Source: an uncultured Chloroflexia bacterium
Lineage (GTDB): Bacteria > Chloroflexota > Anaerolineae > CG2-30-64-16
Direction: 5' to 3'
DNA length: 64,000 nucleotides
Assembly: GCA_963774265.1 (NCBI GenBank)
Contig: CAVZDU010000005.1
Span: forward strand, 256,001 to 320,000
Part shown: positions 1-10,232 of the stretch, in pieces
Layout of the letters: each line of letters begins with the position of its first letter
How positions within the stretch are numbered: the first letter of the stretch is position 1
The notes under the pieces: generated by a model
The model's input: the letters and a program-made list of their open reading frames with translations, nothing else
Databases searched by the model: none
Told to the model about the DNA's origin: nothing
Translations under genes and position numbers: made by a program

Positions 1-567
1 AGCCTGCCCGCGCTCTTCCTCTACAAGGAGGGCAAGGAGGTCGAGCGGGGCGTTGGCGCCGCGGCCGAGCAAGATCTGGCTGCCTGGCTCGATCACCTGC
101 CGCGGGAATGGCGCACGACCTGCCGCGCCCTCGGGCCCGAGCACACCGCTGCGGCCCGGGGCCGGCGCCCCCGAGCCGCGACCGCATCCACGGCGAGCCG
201 GCCTCCGGCGCAGTCGCCGCAGGGCGCCGCGACGGATGTGAAGGCCGGGCCGATCGTCCTCACCGACGCGAACTTCGAGCAAACCATCCGCAGCAGCAAG
301 GCGCCGGTGCTCGTCGACTTCTGGGCCGTGTGGTGCGTCCCGTGCAAGATGATCGCGCCGCACGTCGCGGCGTTAGCGCAGGAGTTCGCCGGCCGCGCGG
401 TCGTGGCCAAGATGAACGTCGACGAGAACCCGCAAACCGCGGGGCAATACGGCATTATGAGCATCCCCACGCTCCTGATCTTCAGCGGCGGCAAGGTTGT
501 GGATCAGATCGTCGGCGCGCAGCCGGCCGCCGTGCTGCGGCAGCGGTTGGCGCGGGTGGTGGGGTAG
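1..567 (+). CDS. Tandem thioredoxin-domain protein (5' partial)
   Basis: Frame 1 is open from base 1. It reads SLPALFLYKEGKEVERGVGAA (end of a Trx fold), then a linker, then a full Trx domain with VDFWAVWCVPC and SIPTLLIF. Confidence 0.8.
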   Translation, partial: SLPALFLYKEGKEVERGVGAAAEQDLAAWLDHLPREWRTTCRALGPEHTAAARGRRPRAATASTASRPPAQSPQGAATDVKAGPIVLTDANFEQTIRSSKAPVLVDFWAVWCVPCKMIAPHVAALAQEFAGRAVVAKMNVDENPQTAGQYGIMSIPTLLIFSGGKVVDQIVGAQPAAVLRQRLARVVG

Positions 568-664
568 CTCCTCGCTCGATGTCGTCACAGTGCAGTCACA
601 CTGACTGACGGGTGCGCCATTAAATCCACTCTGCCGGCCTGTCATAGAACGGACGCAAGAAACC

Positions 665-938
665 ATGTGTCGAAACATCAAGACGCTCTACAACTTTGAC
701 CCGCCGGTCACCGAGGAAGAGATCCACGCCGCAGCGCTGCAGTTCGTCAGGAAGATCAGCGGCTTCAACACACCCTCCAAGATGAATGAGGCCGCCTTCC
801 ACGCCGCAGTCGACGACATCGCGCGGATCTCGGGCAAATTGCTGGCTTCGCTCGAATCGACCGCCGCGCCGAAGAACCGACAGGCTGAGGCAGCCAGGGC
901 GAAGGCGCGCCGGCGCGCAGCGGTTCGGGAACACCTGA
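665..938 (+). CDS. DUF2277 family small protein (1-nt frameshift near the 3' end)
   Basis: MCRNIKTLYNFDPP...AALQFVRKISGF is typical of DUF2277. The natural ending GAQRFGNT* (TGA 936-938) lies in the adjacent frame. Confidence 0.75.
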
Positions 939-965
939 GGCGCCGATCTGGCACGCCTCCGCGTC

Positions 966-1243
966 ACAGAACACCCTCAGCCTCGCCCGCCTCGGCGCGG
1001 TCGTGTCCGGCGTGGACATCAGCGATACCGCGATCGACGTCGCCCGCCGTCTCTTCGTGGACGCGGGCGTTCCCGCGACCTTCCATCGCGCGGACATGTA
1101 CGACTGGCAGCCGGGCGCAGCCCAGGAAGGGCTGCGCTTCGACCGGGTCTTCAGCTCCTACGGCGCGATCGGCTGGCTTTCCGACCTGGCGGTCTGGGCG
1201 CGTGGCATCGCCTCGGTGCTTGCGCCGGGTGGACGCCTCTTGC
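966..1243 (+). pseudogene. Internal fragment of a class I SAM-dependent methyltransferase
   Basis: QNTLSLARLGAVVSGVDISDTAI...FDRVFSSYGAIGWLSDL...VLAPGGR. No N-terminus and no normal C-terminus. Confidence 0.65.
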
Positions 1244-1413
1244 AACACCAGATGCACGCCCTTACATGGGTTTCCGTCAATGTTCGCTTTTCCCCGACTG
1301 CAGGCATGACTCCCAAATCGGCAGCGCTCGCGTGTTCCCACCAATCCTGATGCAAGGCCCAAACTCCATCAAGCCTACTCTGTGTGGAAGCCACAAGCTC
1401 GTCCGAATCCATT

Positions 1414-2613
1414 TTATTGGCCCCACTCTCCAAACATACCGCGTACCTTCCCCCGCCCCACCAACTCGGCCAACCCCCCATAATCCGCGCGCGCTCGAAC
1501 CGGACGCGTCCCGCCACGATTGAGGGCGCAATCTCCAGCCGTTCCGCAAGCGCAATAACCTCATCTTCGTCACCCTCGCGCACCAGCCCAGGCCCCACCT
1601 CGCGCCACACCTCGTCGGGGATCAGTGCGTCGCGCGGCAGCATTCGCCTCATCCTCGCGCGGGTCGTCGTCCTCACATCCCTCCCGTTCGGTGTCGTCAA
1701 AGAACGCCACGTCATCGCGCAGATGCAGCCGCAGGTGCGCCAATTCGTGCGCCAGGGTGAACCAGAAATTGTCCAGCCGGTCGTGCCGCAAGGTCATGCC
1801 GATGATCGGAGCACCCACTGGCGCGCGGAAACAGGCGCCGTCCAGGTACGTCCCCGGGAGATGCTTGGCCACCACAAAGTGAACGCCGCGCTTTTGCAGC
1901 AACTCGCGCACCAGCGCCGGCCCTTCCGTGTAGTAGCTCAGGTGCATCGCCTTGGACATGAACCCTTCGTCGATCCCTTGCTCCGTGAAGGGAGGCAGCG
2001 CCTGGGTCGCGGCCAGCGTCACCGCGCGCGCCTGCCACGCCCGCAGCGCGTTCATATCCATCCCGCGCTCCGACCGGCGACACAGAACCAGCTCAGCCGA
2101 GCGAGGGCCGAGCACGGCAAAAAACTGCTCCAACAATTCCTCCGCATACTCCCGCGCCTCGCTCAACTTGCCACGGTACTCCCCGAAATACCCGCGCTTC
2201 AGCATCTCCCCAAAAGGGTAGTCGCGCCAGTCGAAGTGGTTTTCGGGCAACTTGCGCCCTGGCTCCTGCAGCAGAACCGCGGCCGGAATGCCCAGTCCTT
2301 CGTGGAGGCCGCGCATCATCGCCAGGCTCAGCGGTCGCTTGCGGTTCAGTATTTCCGACACCTTGCTTGGGCTGCCGATATACTTGGCCAAGTCCTTGCG
2401 CGTCAACCCTTCCTGGTCCATCCGGAACAGGATCGCATCGATCGGGTCCGGCAACCCGATCGGGTAGTGCTCTTTCTCGTACTGCTCGATCAGCAGCCCG
2501 AACAGCTCCAGCTCCGCTTCTTCGGGCGAGCCGGGCGCGGCGTCCATCAGGCCAGCCATGTGCGCCAGCGCGGCCTCATACTCCGCCTCGGTCTTAAGTA
2601 CTTTGGGTTTCAT
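1414..2613 (-). CDS. higA: HigA-type HTH antitoxin fused to an ImmA/IrrE metallopeptidase (two 3' frameshifts)
   Basis: IEQYEKEHYPI..PDPIDAI, HTH GSPSKVSEILNRKRPLSL, and FWFTLAHELAH (HEXXH). The C-terminus continues in other frames to TAA at 1414. Confidence 0.85.
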
Positions 2614-2906
2614 CAGATCTTCTCCGCATCGATCCGGTCGTACTCCTTATGAGTCCCCACGAACCGGATGAAAACAAACCCCGTGTTGTAGTGAATCTGC
2701 ACGATTAGGCGGTAATGATTGCCTTTGATGTTGAACACGACGCGATTGCCGGGCAGAACGTCCGCAGTGCGATACCGGTCACGAATGTCTTGCGGAGTGG
2801 TCCATCGCGCCTCTTCGGCTTCCGCCGCCCAAGCTTTTAGATCGTTCTCGACGTCCCGGTGCAATTCCCAGAAGGTGCGCAATGTCTTGACAGCAACGAT
2901 TCTCAT
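2613..2906 (-). CDS. higB: HigB type II toxin (RelE-superfamily mRNA interferase)
   Basis: MRIVAVKTLRTFW...NRVVFNIKGNHYRLI...FIRFVGTHKEYDRID. Abuts higA. Confidence 0.9.
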   Translation of the reverse strand: MRIVAVKTLRTFWELHRDVENDLKAWAAEAEEARWTTPQDIRDRYRTADVLPGNRVVFNIKGNHYRLIVQIHYNTGFVFIRFVGTHKEYDRIDAEKI

Positions 2907-2910
2907 AAGT

Positions 2911-2939
2911 ATGATATTCCCATTCTGGGAAATTGTCAA
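2911..2939 (-). promoter_or_regulatory. sigma70 promoter of higBA with a palindromic operator
   Basis: Minus strand reads TTGACA-17 bp-TATCAT-actt-ATG. The spacer contains TTCCCA-N3-TGGGAA. Confidence 0.7.
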
Positions 2940-3092
2940 GTAGCTTCCCTTGGTGGTATAATGGCAAACGAGGGGTACTCTTTCCTACAGTGGTTCCAAG
3001 ATTCTGAATGGCCCGCGTCATTATAGCAGATTAGAATTCCGGGCGGACATTCAAGCAGTGGATCAGGCGATTTGTAGTATGGGGAGGTGAGT

Positions 3093-3353
3093 ATGGACGA
3101 GATCATCTTTGAAGGGAAGCATCTGCATCTCTGTCGCGCGGCGAACGGCTGGGAGTACGTGCACCGGTCCAAAGCCAGCCAGGGTGTCACCATGATGGCG
3201 ACCACGATTGAGAACAAGCTCGTCCTCGTGGAGCAGCACCGGACGCCGCTGGCGCGGCGCACGATCGAGCTGCCGGTAGGGCTCGTGGAAGGGCCGCGGG
3301 CAGGCGGGCGCCGCGAAGTGATCTCATCCACCACATGGAGGTCCTTGACATAG
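3093..3353 (+). pseudogene. Truncated Nudix hydrolase (ADP-ribose pyrophosphatase-like)
   Basis: GWEYVHR...LVLVEQHRTPL..RTIELPVGLVE stops at the start of the Nudix box; the REUxEE part is missing. Confidence 0.6.
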
Positions 3354-3373
3354 CGCTCAAGAACCATTATGCT
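3345..3373 (+). promoter_or_regulatory. sigma70 promoter of the RHH/RelE TA pair
   Basis: TTGACA (3345-3350), 17 bp, TATGCT. Confidence 0.6.
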
Positions 3374-3405
3374 TACGGCGATACGGCAAGCTGTATGGAG
3401 GTACT

Positions 3406-3681
3406 ATGACTACCAAGTTGACTGTAGTCGTGCCGGACGATTTGCACCGTCGGGCAAGGGCGGTGGCTGCTTTGCGTGGGGAAAACATCTCGAATGTGGT
3501 GCGGGAAGCGCTGCAGGACTACGTCATCGATGCACTGCAGGACGCAGACGACGCCCGCATGGCGAAGGAGATTCGAGCGCGGATCAATCAAGGCGACCAA
3601 CGGACCTACTCCCACGATGAGATCTGGGCTGAGATAGCAGACCTGGAGGCTCGGGGTGAGTTATCGGCTCAGGTACAGTGA
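3406..3681 (+). CDS. Ribbon-helix-helix antitoxin
   Basis: MTTKLTVVVPDDLHRRAR..AA..GENISNVVREAL fits an RHH pattern, with an acidic C-terminus. Overlaps the toxin gene. Confidence 0.75.
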   Translation: MTTKLTVVVPDDLHRRARAVAALRGENISNVVREALQDYVIDALQDADDARMAKEIRARINQGDQRTYSHDEIWAEIADLEARGELSAQVQ

Positions 3682-3949
3682 GGAAACCCGGCGAGCGCTG
3701 CGCATTCTACCGGGTTTTTATCGTCAACGAGTCAAACGCATCGTTGAGCAACTGAGCGAAGAAGCGCGTCCCGCCAAAGCAAAAGCTCCGCGTGATCTCG
3801 AGGACGGTTGGCGCATCCGAGTGGGTTCATGGCGGATCATCTACCAGGTTGATGAGGATGGCGGGGAAATCTATATCCTGGCCAGCCGCGAGAAGACCGG
3901 ACCCGAAACGTATCAAGATCTTCTCGCAGATGACCTTACGAAGGACTAA
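3656..3949 (+). CDS. RelE/ParE family toxin
   Basis: YRLRYS...WRIRVGSWRIIYQVDE...IYIL, 97 aa. Confidence 0.8.
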   Translation: MSYRLRYSEETRRALRILPGFYRQRVKRIVEQLSEEARPAKAKAPRDLEDGWRIRVGSWRIIYQVDEDGGEIYILASREKTGPETYQDLLADDLTKD

Positions 3950-4776
3950 AACGCCTCCAGAAACTCCTGGACCTGGTCATACCGGAAGACCGGCCCATCC
4001 TGGCAGATGTACTGGTCCCCGACGTTGCAGCGGCCGCACTTGCCGAGCCCGCACTTCATCTTGCTCTCCAGGGTCATGATCACCTGCTCGGGAGCGAAGC
4101 CGAGCCGGTCGAGCTCCTTGAGCACGAACTTGATCATGATCGGCGGCCCACAGGTGATCGCGACCGCATTATCGGGCGAGGGCGCAACCTGCGCCAGGAC
4201 CTGCGTGATCAGCCCGACCTGGCCGGTCCAACCCTCCGTCCCCTTGTCCACGGTGACGTGCATGGTCGTGCGCGGGGCAGCGCCCCACTCCTCGAACTCG
4301 TCACGAAACACGAGCAGCTCAGGCGAGCGCGCGGCGCAGAAGAGCTCCAGCGGCCCGTATTCGTCCCGGTGGTCGAGGATCTCCTGGATCACCGGCCGCA
4401 GGGGCGCAAGCCCGATGCCGCCGCCCAGGATGATGATGCGCCTGTCCCCCTTGAGCTGGTCCATCGGGAAGCAGTTGCCCATCGGTCCGCGCACGCCGAC
4501 CAAGTCGCCCGGCTGCATCTCGTGCAGGGCGTCGGTGACCGTGCCGATCCGCTGCACCGCGAACTCCGCGAGGCCGCCACTGCGCGCCTCGCTCACGGCC
4601 AGGCCAAACGGCGCCTCGCCCACCCCGATGGCTGATAGGAAGCCGAACTGGCCCGGCCGGTAGTGGAGCTCCGCCCCCTTGTCGATGAACTCGCAGCGAA
4701 ACAGCTTGATGCCCGTCGCCAGGTCGCGGATCTCGGTCAGGCGAGCCAGGGCAGGTAGGAATGGATTATCGTTCAT
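3946..4776 (-). CDS. flxA: FlxA / AsrB-HydG-like FAD/NAD(P)-binding subunit
   Basis: MNDNPFLPA; PGQF; RGPMGN; GGGIGLAP; CGPPIM; MKCGLGKCGRC..C [2Fe-2S] motif. Confidence 0.85.
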   Translation of the reverse strand: MNDNPFLPALARLTEIRDLATGIKLFRCEFIDKGAELHYRPGQFGFLSAIGVGEAPFGLAVSEARSGGLAEFAVQRIGTVTDALHEMQPGDLVGVRGPMGNCFPMDQLKGDRRIIILGGGIGLAPLRPVIQEILDHRDEYGPLELFCAARSPELLVFRDEFEEWGAAPRTTMHVTVDKGTEGWTGQVGLITQVLAQVAPSPDNAVAITCGPPIMIKFVLKELDRLGFAPEQVIMTLESKMKCGLGKCGRCNVGDQYICQDGPVFRYDQVQEFLEAF

Positions 4777-5826
4777 GCCGAAACCCTCTCGGCGGCTGCG
4801 GTCGCAACCGCCGCAGTCGCAACTGCCGCGATCGAAATCGCCGCGATCACTTCGCGGATGTCGATGTTGACCGGGCAGTCCACCACGCAGCGGCCGCAGC
4901 CGACGCATAGCGCCACGCCTTCGCGCTCGGGGTAGTACAGGAACTTGTGCATGTAGCGCTGGCGCTGCCGCGCGGCCTGGGTCGGCCGAGGGTTGTGCCC
5001 GCCCGCGATGGCGAAACACTGCATGCCCTGGCACGAGTCCCAGCAGCGCAGCCGCTCGATGCGTCCCGTCAGGCAGCGCCCGGTCCCGCACGTCGAAACA
5101 GTAGCACACGGGGCAGTCGTAGGTGCAGGTGCGGCACCCCAGGCAGCGCTGGGCCAGCTCCGTCCAGAACGCGGCATCGAACTGCGCGCGCCACGCCGAG
5201 GACGGGGGCATCCGGAGGTCGGGCGCATCCCGCGGGGTCAATGCCGGAAGATCGCGCGGCTCTGTCTTCGCGCCGGACAGCAGCTGCCGGCCCTTCTCGG
5301 TGACCGCGTCGATCGCATAGTCGTCCCCGTGACGCGTGAGCATCACATCCAGGAACCGGCTGTCAGCCGGCCCGCCGCCCAGCGTTTCGCAGAAGCACCC
5401 CTCGTACTGCTGCTCGCACGCCCAGCCCACCACGGTGGTGTTGGCGCGCCGCGCCTTGTAGTAGGGGTCGACCGGGTCAGCGAGCAGCAGGCGATCCAAC
5501 ACGTCCAGCGCCTTGCCGTCGCACGGCCGCGCGCCGAACAGCACTTGCGGCCGCGTCGCCAGGGGCGCCTCGACCTGCAAGCCGGCCGGCCCCGTCCGCC
5601 AGCGCACGATCGCCTCGCTGGGAGGGAAGAAGAACTCCTTGGCCGGGTTGGCGGTCCGTCCCGCGTCCCAGGCCACCTCGCCGGCCGATCCGATGATCGC
5701 GAAGAAGTCGCGGCCCTCGCGTTGCACCGGCGCACTGACGGTGTAGGCCGCGCCTCCGGCGCCGCTCTGCAGCAGGCTCTCCAGCCACCGGCTCAGCTCC
5801 TGGCGGGAGATGATCTCTCGGTTCAT
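4773..5826 (-). CDS. flxB: FlxB / AsrA-HydB-like 4Fe-4S dicluster subunit (frameshift ~5066)
   Basis: PAKEFFFP, GARPCD and CLGCRTCTYDCPVCYCF, then in another frame RCWDSC, GGHNPR, HKF and CVGCGRC...CP. Confidence 0.85.
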
Positions 5827-7157
5827 GCGTGACCTCCTGCCAGCTCATCCTTGGTGAACACTGTGAACGGCAGCGCCGCGTCGGCCCGCAGCCCCGCCTG
5901 ATAGCCCGTCCCTTTGGCGCCGTCCGGCCCGAAGTGGCGCGCCATTTCGCGCGCCACCTTCTGGTTCAGCAACCCCAGCGGTATGTCCATCGGACAGGCA
6001 TTGCTGCACGCGTTGCAGCCCGTGCAGCGGCCTGCCAGGTGGAACGCGCGCATGACATGGAAGAAGGCTTGCTCGCTGCCCTCGATCGCGATGCTCTGCC
6101 AGGCGGGGTTGAGCTGCTCCGACAGGCATTCGGCGCAATAGCACATGGGGCAGGCCTGCCGGCACGCGTAACAGCGCAGGCATTTGTCGAATTGGGCATT
6201 CCAGAACGCCGCGCGCTGCGCGACGGGCCAGCCCTCCATCTCGTCCATCAGGGGCGGCGTCCCCTGAGGGGACGTGGGAGTGAGGGCGGCATCAGTGATG
6301 CCAGCATCGGCGATACAAGCATCGTACGCCGAGGCCGGCAGCGGTCCCGCGCCCGCCTCGCCCCCAAAGCCGGTATCGCCGGCCCCGATCAGGAATACGT
6401 CCTTCCGGAGGAGCTGTCCCTCGCGTATCAGGACATTGACCGCGCGTGCATCCGCGGGCCTCACCACCACGGCCGCTTTCTTGCCGTGCAGTTGGTGCAG
6501 GTAGGTCGTCAGGTTGAGGCTGGCGCCTGGGTCCCGGGGCAGGACCAGCCGGCTGGCCTGCTCGGCTGTGGTCGCGAAGAGCGGCCGCTCCCGCACGCTG
6601 CCGTTCTCCCAGCCGAGCACGAGGTCGACCTGTTTCTCCGCGAGAAGCCGGCCGGCCAGCTCCCGCAATTGCCGGGTCTGCTCCGGTCCCGGCGCTCTGC
6701 CTGCGGCTGGCGCCAACCCCGAACCTGCAGCCCGCAACCCGGGATCCGCAACCGGGGACCGCCGTCCCAGGCCGCGCACCGTCTCGGTGAATTCGCCCAC
6801 CACCCGGGCGAAGCGCGCGCCCTCGCTCGCGCTCACCCAGTCCACGCGCACCCGCTCGGGCTCGTAGCCCACGAACGACAGCAGCTCGTGCATCACCGCG
6901 AAGCGGCGCCGCGCGTGATAGTTGCCGTCGCTGTAGTGGCAGTCGCCCGGATGGCAGCCGAGCACCAGCACGCCGTCCGCACCGTCGCGCAGCGCACGGA
7001 GGACGAAGAGCGGGTCCACGCGGCCCGAGCAGGGCACCCGGACGATGCGGATGTTGGGCGGGTAACTCAGCCGGCTTGTGCCGGCCAGGTCCGCGCCGGC
7101 GTACGAGCACCAGTTGCACAAGAAGCCGACGATCCTCGGCTCGAAATTATCTGTCAT
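5823..7157 (-). CDS. flxCD: FlxD (MvhD-like)-FlxC fusion
   Basis: N-terminal FLCNWCSYAGAD, VPCSGR and GCHPGDCHY (MvhD). C-terminal CLRCYACRQACPMCYC and CTGCNACSNACP. Confidence 0.85.
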   Translation of the reverse strand: MTDNFEPRIVGFLCNWCSYAGADLAGTSRLSYPPNIRIVRVPCSGRVDPLFVLRALRDGADGVLVLGCHPGDCHYSDGNYHARRRFAVMHELLSFVGYEPERVRVDWVSASEGARFARVVGEFTETVRGLGRRSPVADPGLRAAGSGLAPAAGRAPGPEQTRQLRELAGRLLAEKQVDLVLGWENGSVRERPLFATTAEQASRLVLPRDPGASLNLTTYLHQLHGKKAAVVVRPADARAVNVLIREGQLLRKDVFLIGAGDTGFGGEAGAGPLPASAYDACIADAGITDAALTPTSPQGTPPLMDEMEGWPVAQRAAFWNAQFDKCLRCYACRQACPMCYCAECLSEQLNPAWQSIAIEGSEQAFFHVMRAFHLAGRCTGCNACSNACPMDIPLGLLNQKVAREMARHFGPDGAKGTGYQAGLRADAALPFTVFTKDELAGGHA

Positions 7158-7176
7158 AGCCGACTCCTGGGTCCTC

Positions 7177-9338
7177 TCAATCGACCGGCACGAGCGCGGC
7201 CTCAAGGGCCGTGGGCAGGCGGAGCGTCAACGGCGGTGCCAGCAGGGAGTCAACCTCAGCCAGCAGCTGCTGGTCGCTGAAGCCGTGCAGGAAGATGGCC
7301 CTGCCGCGGCAGCCCGATGCGCAAAGGCCGCAGCCTTTGCACACTGCCGGGTTGATCTGTGCGGCCAGCCGGCCGTCGCGGAGGGTGACGAAGGACACCG
7401 CGCTGTACGGGCAGACCTCCTCGCACAGGTGACAGGCCACGCATCGCCGCGCATCCACCTCGGCAACGGTCGGCTCGGTTTCGATGAAGGGTCGAGCGAA
7501 CAGGCCGCAGACCTTGGCCGCGGCCGCGCTGGCCTGGGCCACCGTGTCGGGAATGTCCTTCGGCCCCGCGCTGCAGCCCGCCAGGTAGATGCCCGCGGTG
7601 TTCGTTTCCACCGGCCGCAGCTTGACGTGCGCCTCGTTGATGAAGCCGTACTGATCGTAGGAAATGCTGAGCGTCTGCATGAGGTCCACCGCGCCGCGCG
7701 CGGAGGTGGCCCCGTTCGCCAGCACCACCAGGTCGGCCTCCACGGTCACTGCACGGCCGATGTTGGCATCGTAGCCCATGACGACGTATTTTTCACCCTT
7801 GCGGTAGATCCGGCTCACGCGGCCCCGCAGGTAGTGCGTGCCGTAGACCTCCTGTGCGCGGCGGACAAATTCGTCGTAGCTGCGGCCTCCCGCGCGCACG
7901 TCCATGTAGAACACGTATGCGTCGGTCTGCGGGCGCGTGCTCCTTCAGCATGATCGCCTGCTTGGCCGTGTACATGCAGCAGATGCGCGAGCAGTAGGGC
8001 CGGCCCACTTTGTCGTCGCGCGAGCCGACGCAGGCGATGAACACCACCGAGTGCGGGTGCTTCCCATCGGAGGGCCGGACGATCTCGCCGCCGGTAGGTC
8101 CCGAAGCGTTCATCAAGCGCTCTAACTGCAGGGCCGTGATGACATCGGGATATTTGCCGTACCCGTACTCGCCGTAGTAGGGCCCCGGCGATGCCGGCAT
8201 CGACGCGCCCCCTTCTTCGTGGCTGCCGTCGAGCATGAACAGATCGAACCCGTTCGCGACGATGATCGCGCCGAACGGCTGCTCGATCAGCTCGATCGGT
8301 CTGGTCCCACTCGATCGCACCCGTGGGACACATCTTCTGGCAAATCTGGCACGGCGGCATCTTCTTGCCGTCGGGACCGACCGGCTTGTACTTCGTGGCC
8401 TCCTCACCGGTCAACCCGAGGGCTGCGACCTGCTCGGCATACGCGCGGCGATACGCCAGGTAGCGGCAGTGTTCCGCATCGATCACCGGCTTGTTCGGGA
8501 TCGCCTGGGGGAACGGGATGTAGATCGAGGTGCGCTTGCCGAGTCCCTGGTCGAACTCCGAGAGGATGTCCTTCGTCGGGCATTTGCCCCAGCAGGTGCC
8601 GCAGCCGGTGCAGGTGGCGTGGTTCACGTAGCGCACCTTCTGCCGGATAGTCACATTGAAGTTGCCGACGAAACCCTGCACCCGTTCCACCTCGGCGTAG
8701 GCGCGCAGCTCGATATTCGGGTGCTGGGCGACGTCTACCATCAGGGGGGTGAGGATGCACGCCGAACAGTCCAGCGTGGGGAATGTCTTGTCGAGCATGG
8801 CCATCTTGCCGCCGATGGTGGGCGTGCGCTCGACCAGTGTCACCTGGTAGCCGGCATTGGCTACATCCAACGCGGCCTGGATGCCCGCGATCCCGCCGCC
8901 GATCACCAGGAGCCGCTTGGTCAGCTCCGCGCGGCCCGCGGTAAGCGCCTCATCGCGACCCACCTTGGCCACGAGCATACCCACGATCTCGATGGCTTTG
9001 GCCGTGGCGAGGGGGCGGTCGTTGTGCACCCACGAGCAGTGCTCGCGCAGGTTGGCCATCTCCATCCGGTACGGGTTGACACCCGCAGCCGCAACCGCGC
9101 GGCGGAAGGTCGGCTCGTGCATGCGGGGCGAGCAGGAGGCAACCACCACCCGGTCGAGCTGGTGCTGGCTGATGGCCTCCTGGATCATCTTCTGGCCCGG
9201 CTCCGAGCACATGTATTTGTAGTCGGTGGCGTGCACCACACCCGGCATCTGGCCGGCCGCGGCGGCCACCGCGTGGCAGTCGACGTTTGCGGCGATGTTC
9301 GAGCCGCAATGGCAGACGAAAACACCGATTCGTGCCAT
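7177..9338 (-). CDS. hdrA: Heterodisulfide reductase subunit A (two frameshifts)
   Basis: MARIGVFVCHCGSNIA, GGGIAG, DKTFPTLDCSAC, CVGSRD..YCSRICCM, GPKDIP and ferredoxin motifs, split over three ORFs. Confidence 0.92.
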
Positions 9339-9348
9339 ACGAAGTCTC

Positions 9349-10232
9349 CTAACCCGCCTGGGTTACGGCAGGACGGCGGCCGAGCAGCCCGGTCGCATCG
9401 GTCAGGTGCCGCCCGATGCCGAGCTGCGCTTCGTCCAGCCCCAGCGCATAACCGACCACCTGGGTGAAGTAGTAGATCGGCAGATGGTAGTCGCCCAGCC
9501 CCGCGCGGCGGATCTGTCCCTGGCGTGTGTCGAGGTTGCTGTGACACATGGGGCAGGCGGTGACGATTGCGTCCGCGCCCGCCTCCACCGCCCAGGACAG
9601 CAGTTGGCCGCTCATCCGCCAGACCAGCTCAGGCCGGCTGATCGGCAGGCTCGCGCCGCAGCAGGAGATCTTGCCCGGCCAGGCCACGACCTCGGCGCCC
9701 AGGGCAGCCAGCAGTTGGTCCAGCGAACGGGGGTCTTCCGGATCGTCGAACTGGGCCACGTCGGCCGGTCGCGTCAGCAGGCAGCCGTAGTAGGGCGCCA
9801 GCTTCAGCCCCGCCAGCGACCTCTGTTGGTAATCGTGCAGTTTGACCCTGTTCTCCGGTTGGCCGAGCAGGCCCAGTAGCGGCTCGATCTTCAGTCCCAC
9901 CGGCACGTCGCCGCCGGCCACATATGCGATCTTGGCGGCCATCTCCTGGTCGCGGAGTGCGTGCTGAGTCTCTTTGAATCTCGCATAGCACGCCGCGCAG
10001 GGCAGGACCACCGTGTCCAGGCCGGTTTGCGCGGCCAGGCGGAGATTGCGGCCCACCAGGCCCAGCGCGAGCCACGGGCTAACCATGTGCGCGGGGACGC
10101 GCCGCAGCAATTCCAGTCTTCCAGCTCCCGGAGCTCGATGTCCAGCCGATCACACAGCTGCTCGGTGGACTGGCCATAGTCGCACGCGGTGCCGTGCAGC
10201 GAGCACCCGGGGAAATACGCATAAGCGGTCAA
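9349..10232 (-). CDS. hdrB: Heterodisulfide reductase subunit B (frameshift ~10098)
   Basis: YFPGCS, DWNCCGA, PCAACY, YYGCLL, SCCGAS and TACPMCH give two CCG domains. Confidence 0.9.

Noticed and set aside
3946-5826. 626-aa ORF that looks like an FlxB-FlxA fusion
   Set aside because: It is produced by one extra G near 5066. The true FlxB C-terminus (RCWDSC, CVGCGRC) is in another frame, and flxA has its own ATG at 4776.
7177-10232. Selenocysteine or programmed frameshifting in hdrA/hdrB/flxD
   Set aside because: The relevant positions are ordinary Cys codons, and the breaks are single-base indels without slippery-site or hairpin signatures.
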